DNA of 64,000 bases from Candidatus Krumholzibacteriia bacterium (lineage in GTDB: Bacteria > Krumholzibacteriota > Krumholzibacteriia > Krumholzibacteriales > Krumholzibacteriaceae). The translations under genes and the position numbers were made by a program. The stretch is from the NCBI GenBank assembly GCA_963836185.1, contig CAWIIQ010000001.1:320001-384000 (forward strand), written 5' to 3'. The notes beneath the pieces are model-generated. The model did not search any database and had not been told where the DNA came from. It was given only the letters and a program-made list of their open reading frames with translations. Numbering within the stretch: the stretch's first letter is position 1; each line of letters begins with the position of its first letter. This document shows positions 31,033-41,568 of this stretch, piece after piece.

Positions 31033-32943
31033 ATGATACATTCATTCAAGATCGCACGGTTCACGGCGCTGGCTGCCGCGCTGCTTCTGCTTGTCCCGGG
31101 ATGCAGCGACGACCCTGTCGGCCCGGATGAAGACGGCTGGTCGCCCGCCTGCATCGACTACGGCAGCACTATGCAGTGGCGGGATGGATTCGGTATCAGC
31201 GGCGGATGGCTGACGGCGAAACTCCGCGGTGATCATGTTTTCACCGGAGGCATGGATTACCTGGTCCATATCTTTGACATCTCAGTGCCGGGCGATCCCC
31301 GCATAGTTGGTGAGATCGCACATTCCATGGACGCCAGGGGAATAGATATCCGGGGCGATCTCGCTTACATCCTTACCCAGAGCCATCTTCTCATAGTAAA
31401 TATCGCGGAGCTCTCTGCGCCATCGATCGTTGGATCTATCAGCATTCCGTCCACCTCGCTTCCGTCTTATCAGGGAGACGTGGCCGTCTCGGGAGACTAC
31501 GCCTTTGTCGCGGACGGCGTGGGCGGTTTTCACTCGGTCGACATCTCATCGTCTTCATCTCCCGCGATAGCGGGGTACATCGAAACGCCGGGAAGCGCCA
31601 TGGACCTCGACCTGGCCGGCATCTATGCCTATGTTGCTGACGGCGAAAGTGGCCTGCGGGTAATCGATATCTCTGATCCGGAAGCCCCGCGAATAGTCGG
31701 CGGTGCCAGGATGCCCGGCACCTGCTACGGATTCTCGGTCTCCGGCGCCTATGCATGCGCGGCGTGCGGTGAGGCAGGCGCCGTAGCCGTGGACCTGACG
31801 TCTCCCGCCTTGCCCAGGCTCCTCGGCACAGCCGATACGCCGGGTTATTCAAGGGACGTGCTGGTCGTCGATACATACGCCATGGTTGCGGATTTCCATG
31901 GGGGCCTTCGCGTTGTCGATCTGAGGTATCCGAGGCCACCGGTGATCGCGGGCAGCGTTACAGGTATCGGATATCCGGTAGATATCTCGGCCGATGGCGA
32001 AATAGTCTGCACCGCCGGCGACGGAGGCGCGATAAACCTGTTCGACATCTCGAAAGGGCTCGTGCCTCCTGCGTACATAGGCAGAGCCGGCACACGGGGC
32101 CTCTCTCTCGATGTCGAAGTGTCGGGTGATTTCGCGTATGTCGCCGACATGAACTACGGGCTGAAGGTGTTGGACATCAGCTCGCCTGACTCGCCCCGGG
32201 AAGTGGGCAGGGTCGTGGGGCACTCCGATGCGATGGCGGTCGCTCTCTCGGGCGATTACGCTTATGTCGCCTTCGTGGGTGGCCTCCAGGTCGTGGATAT
32301 CACCGATCCTCGCTCGCCTGATGTCGTGGGCAGTGCGGACTTGCAGGGGCCGGTACAGGATGTCGCTGTCCAGGGTGACTATGCTTACCTTGTCAACATC
32401 TGGGGTCTTCACGTGATAGATATCTCGGAGCCCGACTCGCCATTCGTAACGGGGAGTTACATTACGCCCGGCATGGCAGTCAGTGTCGACGTATCCGGTC
32501 ATTTCGCCTACGTCGCCGACATAAACTCGGGATTCACGGTGATAGATATCTCGATGCCGGACTCGCCCGAGCCCGTGGGTCTCAATCCCGTGCTCACCAC
32601 GGCGAACAGTGTGGCCGTCCACGGCGACTACGCATACGTGACCGACGACACGGCTCTCCACATTGTGAATATCACCGTCAGGGGCCTTTACCCGGTCGAC
32701 GGCAGCCTTGAGACGCCGGGCGAAGCGGTGCACGTCACGTTATCCGGGGACTATGCCTACATATCGGACTCGGGATTCGGCGTGCAGGTGGTAGACATCT
32801 CGGAGCCGACTTCACCGGTCCTGACGGGCGGGATAAATGTATATGCGCTGGGCACCGCCCACGCCGGCGACTTCGTATGCGTCGCTGGTTCGATCGACGG
32901 GCTGTGGACCATACCGAGGCAGTGCGGGGACGAGGGGGATTGA
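31033..32943 (+). CDS. LVIVD-repeat lipoprotein (beta-propeller)
   Basis: Lipobox LVPGC and about 13 repeats of 'V.VSGDYAYVAD...GL.V.DIS.P.SP..VG'. Confidence 0.9.
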   Translation: MIHSFKIARFTALAAALLLLVPGCSDDPVGPDEDGWSPACIDYGSTMQWRDGFGISGGWLTAKLRGDHVFTGGMDYLVHIFDISVPGDPRIVGEIAHSMDARGIDIRGDLAYILTQSHLLIVNIAELSAPSIVGSISIPSTSLPSYQGDVAVSGDYAFVADGVGGFHSVDISSSSSPAIAGYIETPGSAMDLDLAGIYAYVADGESGLRVIDISDPEAPRIVGGARMPGTCYGFSVSGAYACAACGEAGAVAVDLTSPALPRLLGTADTPGYSRDVLVVDTYAMVADFHGGLRVVDLRYPRPPVIAGSVTGIGYPVDISADGEIVCTAGDGGAINLFDISKGLVPPAYIGRAGTRGLSLDVEVSGDFAYVADMNYGLKVLDISSPDSPREVGRVVGHSDAMAVALSGDYAYVAFVGGLQVVDITDPRSPDVVGSADLQGPVQDVAVQGDYAYLVNIWGLHVIDISEPDSPFVTGSYITPGMAVSVDVSGHFAYVADINSGFTVIDISMPDSPEPVGLNPVLTTANSVAVHGDYAYVTDDTALHIVNITVRGLYPVDGSLETPGEAVHVTLSGDYAYISDSGFGVQVVDISEPTSPVLTGGINVYALGTAHAGDFVCVAGSIDGLWTIPRQCGDEGD

Positions 32944-32952
32944 TCGTTCCGG

Positions 32953-32990
32953 ACAGCTACCCGGCCATCGCCCCGTATTTCGATCTCACA
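32953..32990 (+). repeat. 38-bp direct repeat, copy 1 (copy 2 at 38133-38170)
   Basis: acagctacccggccatcgccccgtatttcgatctcaca vs accgctgcccggccatcgccccgtatttagatctcaca, 3 mismatches. Confidence 0.85.
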
Positions 32991-33009
32991 CCAGTCCGGC
33001 TTTGATGCA

Positions 33010-33038
33010 TTGAGAAACGCCATGGATTGTGATATAAT
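33010..33038 (+). promoter_or_regulatory. Sigma70-type promoter
   Basis: TTGAGA-N17-TATAAT with TG extension. Confidence 0.7.
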
Positions 33039-33168
33039 GGCACGCGGTTTAAATATCTCAACATATGACAATGACAAACTGATCGGCGGCGTTTCTGTTG
33101 CCATCCCTGCGATTTCGTGACGCCGTCCGGGATTCGTTGCTATGCGTATCTACAAGGAGGGGTTTCCA

Positions 33169-36100
33169 ATGACTCGTACTGGAAAGTCGATTCTATCTGC
33201 AGTTCTGTTCCTGCTTGTGCTCAGTGTCATGCAGACATCGGATGGAACAGCAGCTACATTTGAAACATGGTATGGCACGGATCGAGTTGAATATCTGTTT
33301 GCTGTGATAGAGGCAAGTGATGGAAATTTCGTCGTGGCTGGTTACGGGGATACAGATGACTCAATATTATACGCTCATCTTGCCAAGCTGGATGCAACCG
33401 GGGATACACTCTGGACGAAAAGATATAATGCTTCATCCTGGCAGTTTGTCCAATCGCTGGTGGAACTTGACGACAGCAGCCTGGTTGTTGTCGGCGGATT
33501 CGCATATGATGGGCAGTCGAGAGGGTATGTTATCAAGACGGATGCGCAGGGTGATACCATCTGGACGAAGCTGGTCGCAGAGGATAGCTACTCCCGCATC
33601 GAAAAAGTTCGACTGGCATCGGACGGTTCACTTCTTCTTGCGGGGATCAAACATAATGCAATATCCCCCACGTCCAGCATGGACGTTTTCATGCTTCGGC
33701 TGGATGAGAACGGCGACACACTCAGTTCCAATTTATATGGCGGTCTTGGGGATGACATGTGTTCCGACATACTCGAATTATCGACAGGTGAATATATCAT
33801 TGTTGGGGTAACGACTCCGCCCCCTGCTGCCATGCTAAAGACCAAGTCCCCTTCGCTACCCACTCTCCTGTCATCTCTGAAAGCGCCCTTGTTTGATGAA
33901 TATGACCCGTATGGACATATTTACTTCCTGGATTCGGGGCGGTCGGTGGTCTGGGAGGACACCATTTCCAACGCAGGCTGGGGGAAATGGAGTGTTGAGG
34001 AAATAGGAGATCACGAAGTCATCCTGACTGGAGTGGTCAATACAGCGCCTCTAAATGCAGATATCTTCCTTTCTCGGATCGATGCTTCTCCAGGTGGAGG
34101 AGTAGAGTGGATGAGAACCATAAACTGGCCCGAAGATGATGACAGCAGGGCGATTGCGAAGTTCTCGAACGATCTGTTCCTGGTAGTCGGCAATACAAAG
34201 TCGCTTGATCCTGCGGGAGATTACGATGGGGACGTTGTTCTGCTGGATATCCATGGTGACACGCTGTATACGAAGCTCTATGACGATGATGACGACTGGG
34301 AAGAGTTGTCATCGATCTGTATGACCGGTGATGGAGATTTTATATCCGTGGGTGGCTCTGTAAACCCGGGCGGAGGACCTTATGATGCTTACGTGATCAA
34401 AGACAGTGTTCCTTCCCTTGCCGCTTTCAAAGCATCGGCAACTTCCGGGGATGCTCCCCTGACGGTGCAGTTTAACGATATTTCAACATTTACGCCAACC
34501 AGCTGGGAGTGGGATTTCGACGATAATGGTACTGTAGATTCCTATTCTCAGAATCCCTCATTCGAATATACAAATCCGGGGATATATTCGGTTGAGTTGG
34601 TAGCCAGCGATGGTGTGACAAATTATTCGCGCGTGAAAAGCGAGTTTATAGTAGTCGGAGACACGATTTTCTTCACTGCAAGTCCTACTGAAGGCTACAA
34701 CCCGCTCACGGTCTATTTCAATGATCACTCCGGCGGCGATCCGACAGCCTGGGAGTGGGATTTTAATAATGACGGGACGGTCGATTCGTACGAGCAGAAC
34801 CCGATTCATACTTACGATACCATCGGAGTGTACTCGGTCAAACTGGAGGTGTGGTACGGAGAAGAGTCCCAGGTACTTATCCAGAGTGATTACATCACGA
34901 TCGATTTAAAAATTCTGACTGTAAAACCCGATGGAACGGGAGATTTCCCCACTATCCAGGGAGCGATCAACAATTCATATGATGGCTGGATCATCGAACT
35001 GACAGATGGGGTATTCACTGGCGAGGGTAACAGGGAACTGGTGATGGGCGGCAGACAACTTACTGTCAGGTCACAAAGTGACGATCCTGAAGCCTGCATC
35101 ATAGACTGCGAGGGCGCTGCCAGAGGGTTCAGTATATACGAGTATGAGGGACTGGAATGTAATGTGGTCATACGGGGAATAACTATCAGGAATGGCTACA
35201 TTGACGTCGATGCTTTGGGGGGCGGGATTCAATGCTTCGCTTCCGAACCGTCAATAATCAACTGCCATCTTGTCAACAATTACGCTTCTGAAAGTGGAGG
35301 CGGTATCGGATGTTTTGATTGCTCGCCCACTATAAGCGAGTGTGTGTTTATTGGCAATGAGAGCGGAGATAAGGGTGGAGGTCTATATATCGTCGAAGAT
35401 CATGTTGCTGAAACGGATCCTGTGGATGTGTCGGGATGTGAGTTTATTGATAACGTCGCGATAGACGGAGGCGGATTATATCTCTGGAATTATGTCGGCG
35501 AAGTGACAGATTGTTCGTTCTCGGGGAATTCCGCCTCTTACGGGGGTGGTATCTGGGGCGGTAACAATAGTGAAATCGTATTGACTGGTTGCAGGATCAC
35601 CGAAAACACAGTCAGCGATGATGGCGGAGGGCTGCATTTTAACGGCTGGGACCTGGTGCTGAACGACTGTCTGGTATCCGGAAACAACGCAATATCAGCT
35701 GGAGGCGGGTGTTATATAGTAACCAACACCCTGTTGATCACCGGGTGTACTGTCGTGGCGGATTCCGCGGGTACGGGGCTGGCGGGAGGATTGGAGATAA
35801 TTGCCAGCTCTGCTTTAGTGGATAACACACTTATAGCGTTTAATGGTGGGTTGGGGATATTCGGCCCTCCAGGTATGTCGATATCATGTTCAGATATTTT
35901 CGGAAATGAGGATGGAGACTGGACAGGGTCAATAACGGATCAGCTTGGAACGAACGGAAACATCTCGGAAGATCCGCTGTTCTGCGACCTTTCAGGCAAT
36001 ATCTATACCTTACGCGATGGTTCTCCATGTTTGCCGGCCGCGAATCCATCCTGCGGACTTATAGGCGTAGATACGGTCGGATGCATAGAGGCCCAGTTCA

Positions 36101-38013
36101 CTGCCGATCCTACCCGTGGACTGGCGCCTGTGACCGTGCAGTTCACTGATCTTACGCCCGGTTCTCCCGATGCCTGGGCCTGGGATTTCCAGAATGACGG
36201 TATTGTTGATTCAACGTCACAGAATCCCTCGTTCGAATACCAGGAAGGTGGAGCGCACTCGGTGAGCCTCAAGACCTACCTGGCTGGAGAATTGATCGCC
36301 TCTACGGTCAAGCATGATCTGATCGATCTTATGGATGGCAACAATGTGTTAATCGAGCCTATGGAGATCCTTTCGCAGGATACGCTTCCTCTTCCAATAG
36401 TCTATCTTGGATCCGAGCCCTGGGCGCGATCTCGCTTTATTTCGACTACGATGATACAAAACTCGAATTCATCGGGATAGAGACGTATGTTCCCGGGGAA
36501 TTCTTTTCTGGTGGTATTGTAGATGTGGGAAAGATCTCAGTGCAATGGTTCGACGAGACAGGAGGGAGCGATCCTATTGTTCCCGGGGTCGATCCTGACA
36601 CACTATTTGCCATCCGGTTCGCGAACCTTGTCGTGACAGACACCACTCTTGTGTCTTTCGATATTCCACAGTGTGCGCTGGGTGATGCGATCGGAGATCC
36701 CATACCGGATGTCCACTGGTTTGATGAGGTCTCCCTACGGAGTGGTACGCATCGATATCGGCGCCTACATTTCGGGAAATGTGGACTACTACTGGATGGC
36801 CTCTCCGGTACCAGGAGCGCTGTTGTCCTTAGGGCCTCCGAATCCCGATGTATATACTGACGCGACCGGGCATTTCGCGTTCGAACGCTATCCGTTCGGA
36901 AATTACGTTCTTAACATAGGCAAGATCGATGACCTTGGAGGCATTAATGCGCTCGATGCGATCAAGATCATCAGGCACAGTACGGGAGTGGAACTATTCA
37001 ACAATTCTTACAAGGAGCTGGCAGCGAACGTCAATGGGGATGGAAACATCAACGCACTCGATGCAATCAAGATTGTTCGTGCATCGGTCGAACTGGAACC
37101 CCTTGCATCTGGAGACTGGTACTTCGAACCCGATTCCGTACAGATCTATGATCTTAATGATGATCGCACGGATGATTTCCTGGCAGTGCGCATGGGCGAC
37201 GTTAACGGGGACTGGGCACCTGACCTGGGGGCAGCCCCGATGATAGCATCGGGTGATTTTTCCGAAAGGCCGTCGTCACCGCTGGAAACGGTTGTCCTGG
37301 CGCTGCCGCACGATACAGTCGGAACCGATGCGGATTCCGTGTACGTTCCGATTGATGTAACGGAATTCAATGACATTGGTGCCATATCCCTCCGGATTAC
37401 CTTTGAGGACACTGTTCTCGCCTATGACAGGCTTGAAAGTAACTGCAGCGCCACCTTCACCTCCAACCTGATCGGCAACGAGATCAGGATCGAATGGTTT
37501 GACGGAACAGGAGGATTCAATCCGTTGAACCTTGGAACCGGGACACTTCTGACGCTCTATTTTGAGGTCATCGGAGCGGAGGATGATGCATCGGCCCTGG
37601 ACATAACCGATCTGTCCACAATCGCCGATGCAGCAGGCGATCCTATCGGAGATGTCGAATTTAGTGATGGCAGCGTAACAATAGTACATCTTACTGGAAC
37701 AGGTGGAGATACTGGCATACCCAGTGCGTTCATGCTGCACAACTGCTGGCCCAATCCATTCAATCCATCGACACATATCCAGTTTGACATACCTGGCGGT
37801 AATGGCTCGGGTGTCGGAACGAGTCTGAAGATCTACAATGTATCCGGGCAGCTGGTAAGGACCCTGGTTGATGCTCAACTGGACCCCGGAAGATACGACG
37901 TCGTCTGGAATGGACAAAACGACTCGGGGGAGAATACTGCCTCAGGAGTTTATTTCTACAGGCTTGAAGCTGGAAGATATGTAAGTACCAAGAAAATGGT
38001 GCTTTTACGTTAA
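33169..38013 (+). CDS. Large secreted protein: propeller-like N-terminus, 3 PKD domains, beta-helix, cohesin-dockerin-cohesin, C-terminal sorting domain (frameshifts near 36420 and 36730)
   Basis: PKD 'APLTVQFND.S...PTSWEWDFD.NG'. Cohesin-like 'GAISL..xYD...L' twice. Dockerin-like 'INALDAIKI' twice with ANVNGDGN. Terminal NCWPNPFNP...KKMVLLR. Confidence 0.8.
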
Positions 38014-38040
38014 GAGCTAGTATTGACAGATAAATATGTA

Positions 38041-38065
38041 CAGGGCGGCCACCGTGGCCGCCCTG
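38041..38065. terminator. Hairpin terminator-like element
   Basis: CAGGGCGGCCA-ccg-TGGCCGCCCTG. Confidence 0.6.
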
Positions 38066-38132
38066 CGTAATAAATGGGGCGATTTGGAGGTGGCTCAGGC
38101 CGCCAGGCGGTCACCTCTCCGTGTACCGCCTC

Positions 38133-38170
38133 ACCGCTGCCCGGCCATCGCCCCGTATTTAGATCTCACA
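38133..38170 (+). repeat. 38-bp direct repeat, copy 2
   Basis: See copy 1 at 32953-32990. Confidence 0.85.
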
Positions 38171-40090
38171 TCATTTGCTCGCCAGCCCGATTATCAGGTC
38201 GGTCCGCTCGACCTGGCGGATGAACTCGGCCCGGTAACCGTTGTCATCGTCACCCTTGGCCTTTTTCGCCAGATCCTGCACATCATCGAGCCCAATGCCC
38301 CCCATATGCGCGGATTCCCGCAGAATCATCGCGTACATCGCGACAGCAGCGGAGAACCTCAGGTCTTCCGAGGATTTCTTCACCGCAACCGGCCCGTCCG
38401 CGACAACGGTAGTGATGAGCTTGCTCTTGTCGCCGTCGGGCTCCTTGTAGCGTACGTGAACCGTTACGACCTCGTTGCTCTTCATCGCCTCGTCACTAAG
38501 CTTCGTGTCGATGTATTTCAGGTCGTCCTTAACGAACGAGCTGACATCCTTCAGCACATCATCCCCGCTGAAATCCGCCGGTACGATCTCGTAGAGCGCC
38601 GTGACACTGTGGCCCGCGCCGATCTCCCCGGCGTCCTTCTTGTCGTCCTCGAAGTCCTCCTTGTTCAGCAGCCGGTTCTCGTAACCGATCAGCCGGTAAG
38701 AGGCGACCTTCATCGGGTTGAACTCGACCTGGATCTTCACATCCTTGGCGATCGTGTAGAGGGTCGAGGTCAGATCGTCGACGAAGACCTTCTTCGCCTC
38801 GAGGAGGTTGTCGATATAGGCATGGTTGCCGTTCCCCTTGTCGGCGAGCTTCTCAAGGCGATCGTCCTTGTAGTTACCCATCCCGAACCCGAGCACGGTC
38901 AGGAAGATCCCGCTCTCGCGCTTCTCCTCGATCATCTCGACCAGATCGTCCGTGTTCGAGATGCCGACGTTGAAATCCCCGTCGGTCGCGAGGATGACGC
39001 GGTTGTTCCCGCCCGGGATGAAATGCGTCTCGGCCATCTCGTAGGCGAGCTGGATACCGGCGTGCCCGGCGGTCGAGCCTCCGGCCCTCAGGCCGCGGAT
39101 GGCGTCCTTGATCTTCTCGCTGTCATGGGCAAAGGTAGGCTCAAGGGCAAGCTCCGAATGCCCCGCATACGTCACGATGGCGACCTGGTCGTTTTCGGCC
39201 AGCTGGTCGACGAGCAGCAGGAACGCCTTCCTGAGCAGCGGGAGCTTGTTTTCCGCCCTCATCGATCCCGAGACGTCGATGAGGAAGACGAGGCTGCTTG
39301 TCTTGCGGTCCTCCACGTCGAGCTCCTCGCCCTGCAGGCCGATGTGGACGATGTTGTGATCCGCGTTCCACGGGCAGACGGCGTACTCGAGGGTGATCGA
39401 GAACGGCACGTCGCCTTCGGGCTTCTCGTAGTCGTAATCGAAATAGTTGATGAACTCCTCGACCCTGATCGCTTCTTTCGGCGGCATCATGTCCATCATG
39501 ATGAATCGCCGGGCGTTCGCGTAAGAGGCGACGTCCACGTCGATCGAGAATGTCGAGAGCGGGTTGCCGATCGCCGGCAGGAATCCGTTCTCCTCGATAT
39601 TCGCGTAATCCTCCGTGCCGGGGTAATAGCGTGGATCACCGTAGTGTCCCGGGGACATGCAGCCGCCCCTGACATGGAGCATGGACGGTGAAGTGGTGCT
39701 ATGCGCTACGCTGCCGCCCCTGACGTTGATCTGCACCTGCTCGGCCTCGACGACGAGCTCCTGCGTCGTTCCGACGATCATCTCCTCCATCTTGAAGTCG
39801 AGCGTGGATTTCTGCCCGGCTATAATGACGACATTGTGAATCTCGACCGGCTTGTAGCCCATCATCATCACCTTGATCGTGTATGTGCCGGCGGGGATCC
39901 CGTCGATGCAGTAGGAGCCGTCGGACAGGGCCATGCCTCCGAGCTTCGTGCCGACTACCACTACATTTGCGTATGGCAGGGGTACACCGGTATTACCGGC
40001 AGTGACGGTCCCGCAGATCTTGCCTGTCTCGACCGCCGCGACTGTCGAGACGATCAGGGCGAGGATGAAGACGGTTAACAGTGCTTTCAT
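38171..40090 (-). CDS. vWA domain protein (YfbK/DUF3520 family) with N-terminal carboxypeptidase-regulatory-like domain
   Basis: PLSTFSIDVD.ASY, RVEEFINYFDY, MIDAS DVSGSM, GGSTAG, ILATDGDFNVG, YRLIGYENR, DAGEIGAGH. Confidence 0.9.
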   Translation of the reverse strand: MKALLTVFILALIVSTVAAVETGKICGTVTAGNTGVPLPYANVVVVGTKLGGMALSDGSYCIDGIPAGTYTIKVMMMGYKPVEIHNVVIIAGQKSTLDFKMEEMIVGTTQELVVEAEQVQINVRGGSVAHSTTSPSMLHVRGGCMSPGHYGDPRYYPGTEDYANIEENGFLPAIGNPLSTFSIDVDVASYANARRFIMMDMMPPKEAIRVEEFINYFDYDYEKPEGDVPFSITLEYAVCPWNADHNIVHIGLQGEELDVEDRKTSSLVFLIDVSGSMRAENKLPLLRKAFLLLVDQLAENDQVAIVTYAGHSELALEPTFAHDSEKIKDAIRGLRAGGSTAGHAGIQLAYEMAETHFIPGGNNRVILATDGDFNVGISNTDDLVEMIEEKRESGIFLTVLGFGMGNYKDDRLEKLADKGNGNHAYIDNLLEAKKVFVDDLTSTLYTIAKDVKIQVEFNPMKVASYRLIGYENRLLNKEDFEDDKKDAGEIGAGHSVTALYEIVPADFSGDDVLKDVSSFVKDDLKYIDTKLSDEAMKSNEVVTVHVRYKEPDGDKSKLITTVVADGPVAVKKSSEDLRFSAAVAMYAMILRESAHMGGIGLDDVQDLAKKAKGDDDNGYRAEFIRQVERTDLIIGLASK

Positions 40091-40120
40091 GGCCTGCTCT
40101 CCTTTCCCTTACCCTCTTAT

Positions 40121-40148
40121 TAGTACATTCAAGAGGGCGTCCGGTTCC
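40121..40148 (-). promoter_or_regulatory. ECF-sigma-like promoter for the vWA gene
   Basis: Minus strand GGAACC-N16-GTACTA about 30 bp before the ATG. Confidence 0.45.
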
Positions 40149-40238
40149 TGGTTCGGTGTGGCGGAAACTGGCCGAAAGCAACCTGATTTATACGGTGGGG
40201 CACCGGTTGTGCGTGGGAATAGAGCTGCGCCGAACGGT

Positions 40239-40730
40239 TCAGCGCAGCTTGAACCAGACCGGGACGGCGATCATTGATCTCACCGGCATGTCCCGCTGCA
40301 TCGCGGGCGCAAACTCGAATTGTACAGCGGCGGCAATGGCGGCCTTCTCCATAGCTGGTGTGACGTCCGATTCGATGACGGCCACCGCTTCGACATTGCC
40401 GTAGGAGCCGACCGTCACATTCAGCAGGATCCTGCCCTCGACCCCGGCGGACATGGCCAGCATGGGATATTCAGGCGGGAGCACCTTGATAAGCTCGGGC
40501 TTTCTGCTCCAGGCGAAGAACTCTCCGGACCCTTTGCGGGGTACGGGGATGGCGTGCAGACTGGAGAGATCCAGTTCCTCCGGGGGAGGCAGCTTGCCCG
40601 GATCATTTCTCATCAAAGCGGCGGGCTTGAATTCGATCGTGCTTACGGCGACCTGTATCTGCTGGGCCTCGGCTCCACAGGAGCAGAGAACGAGCAGAAC
40701 AGCGATCAGCGCGATTGCATGAGTCTTCAT
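40239..40730 (-). CDS. Short TonB C-terminal-domain protein with signal peptide
   Basis: PEYP..A..AGVEG.ILL.VTV...G.VE...VI.S...MEKAAIAA...FEF.PA...VPVWF. Confidence 0.8.
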   Translation of the reverse strand: MKTHAIALIAVLLVLCSCGAEAQQIQVAVSTIEFKPAALMRNDPGKLPPPEELDLSSLHAIPVPRKGSGEFFAWSRKPELIKVLPPEYPMLAMSAGVEGRILLNVTVGSYGNVEAVAVIESDVTPAMEKAAIAAAVQFEFAPAMQRDMPVRSMIAVPVWFKLR

Positions 40731-40756
40731 GACTTTTCCCTCCTGAGAAAAACGAT

Positions 40757-41377
40757 TCAGCGCAGCCTGAACCAGACCGGGACGGCCATAAGTGACCTCA
40801 CCGGGATGTTCCGCTGCATCGCGGGCTCAAACTCGAACCGAAGAACGGCGGAAATGGCTGCCTTCTCCATAGCGGGAGTGACGTCGGAACGGATAACGGA
40901 TGCCTTCTCGACGCGGCCGTCGGCGCCGATGGTGACCCGCAGCAGCACCTTGCCCTCGATGCCGGCGTCCCTGGCCAGTCTGGGATAAGACGGCGTGAAC
41001 GCCCTGGTAAGCACAGGCATCCGGTCCCAGGCGACGAACTCCTCGACCTCCTGCCTGGGCATGGGGGCGAACTTGAAGTCGGCAGGATCCCGCAGGGATG
41101 TTATCGGCATCCTGATCTCTTCCTCGCCCTCGCCTTCCACGATATTGGGGATCTGGTCGATGACAGGGGGTATGACCTCATCCGGTTCCGTGATGACTTT
41201 GGGAGGGGGAGGAGTGCCGCACCCTTCAAGGATCAGTCTCGGTTCTGGTATATAGGGATCAAACTCGAATGGTGGTATCAGATAGAAAACGAGGAAATGA
41301 ACGATGAGTGTCGCGACAAACGCCTCAACGATGTACTTGCCGTATCCTTCCTTGAACTGGGCCTGAGCGGTGTTCAT
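40757..41377 (-). CDS. tonB: Energy transducer TonB
   Basis: TM anchor with TLIVH, Pro-rich linker, TonB-C 'PSYPRLARDAGIEGKVLLRVTIGADG'. Confidence 0.85.
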   Translation of the reverse strand: MNTAQAQFKEGYGKYIVEAFVATLIVHFLVFYLIPPFEFDPYIPEPRLILEGCGTPPPPKVITEPDEVIPPVIDQIPNIVEGEGEEEIRMPITSLRDPADFKFAPMPRQEVEEFVAWDRMPVLTRAFTPSYPRLARDAGIEGKVLLRVTIGADGRVEKASVIRSDVTPAMEKAAISAVLRFEFEPAMQRNIPVRSLMAVPVWFRLR

Positions 41378-41568
41378 CTCCAACCTCCCCGAGTAAAATG
41401 GTGGGGGCAGTTCCCTGTGAACCCAAGTTTTAGTGATGGTAGCGATTGGCAACGAGTTAAGATGGATACAGGACGGTGGAGGGATCTGTCTGAAAGATAC
41501 AGGATAGGGCGTTAATCCGCAAGAACTTGGTTCTGAGGATGCTTATTAATCAAGACTAGTACCTATTG

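Noticed and set aside
31400-32850. Periodic DNA repeats as a CRISPR array
   Set aside because: They are degenerate coding LVIVD repeats, with no identical repeats or spacers and no cas genes.
40239-41030. Similar 3' regions of the two tonB genes as a DGR template/variable repeat pair
   Set aside because: Mismatches involve all bases and are often synonymous rather than adenine-specific. No reverse transcriptase is present. Ordinary duplication.
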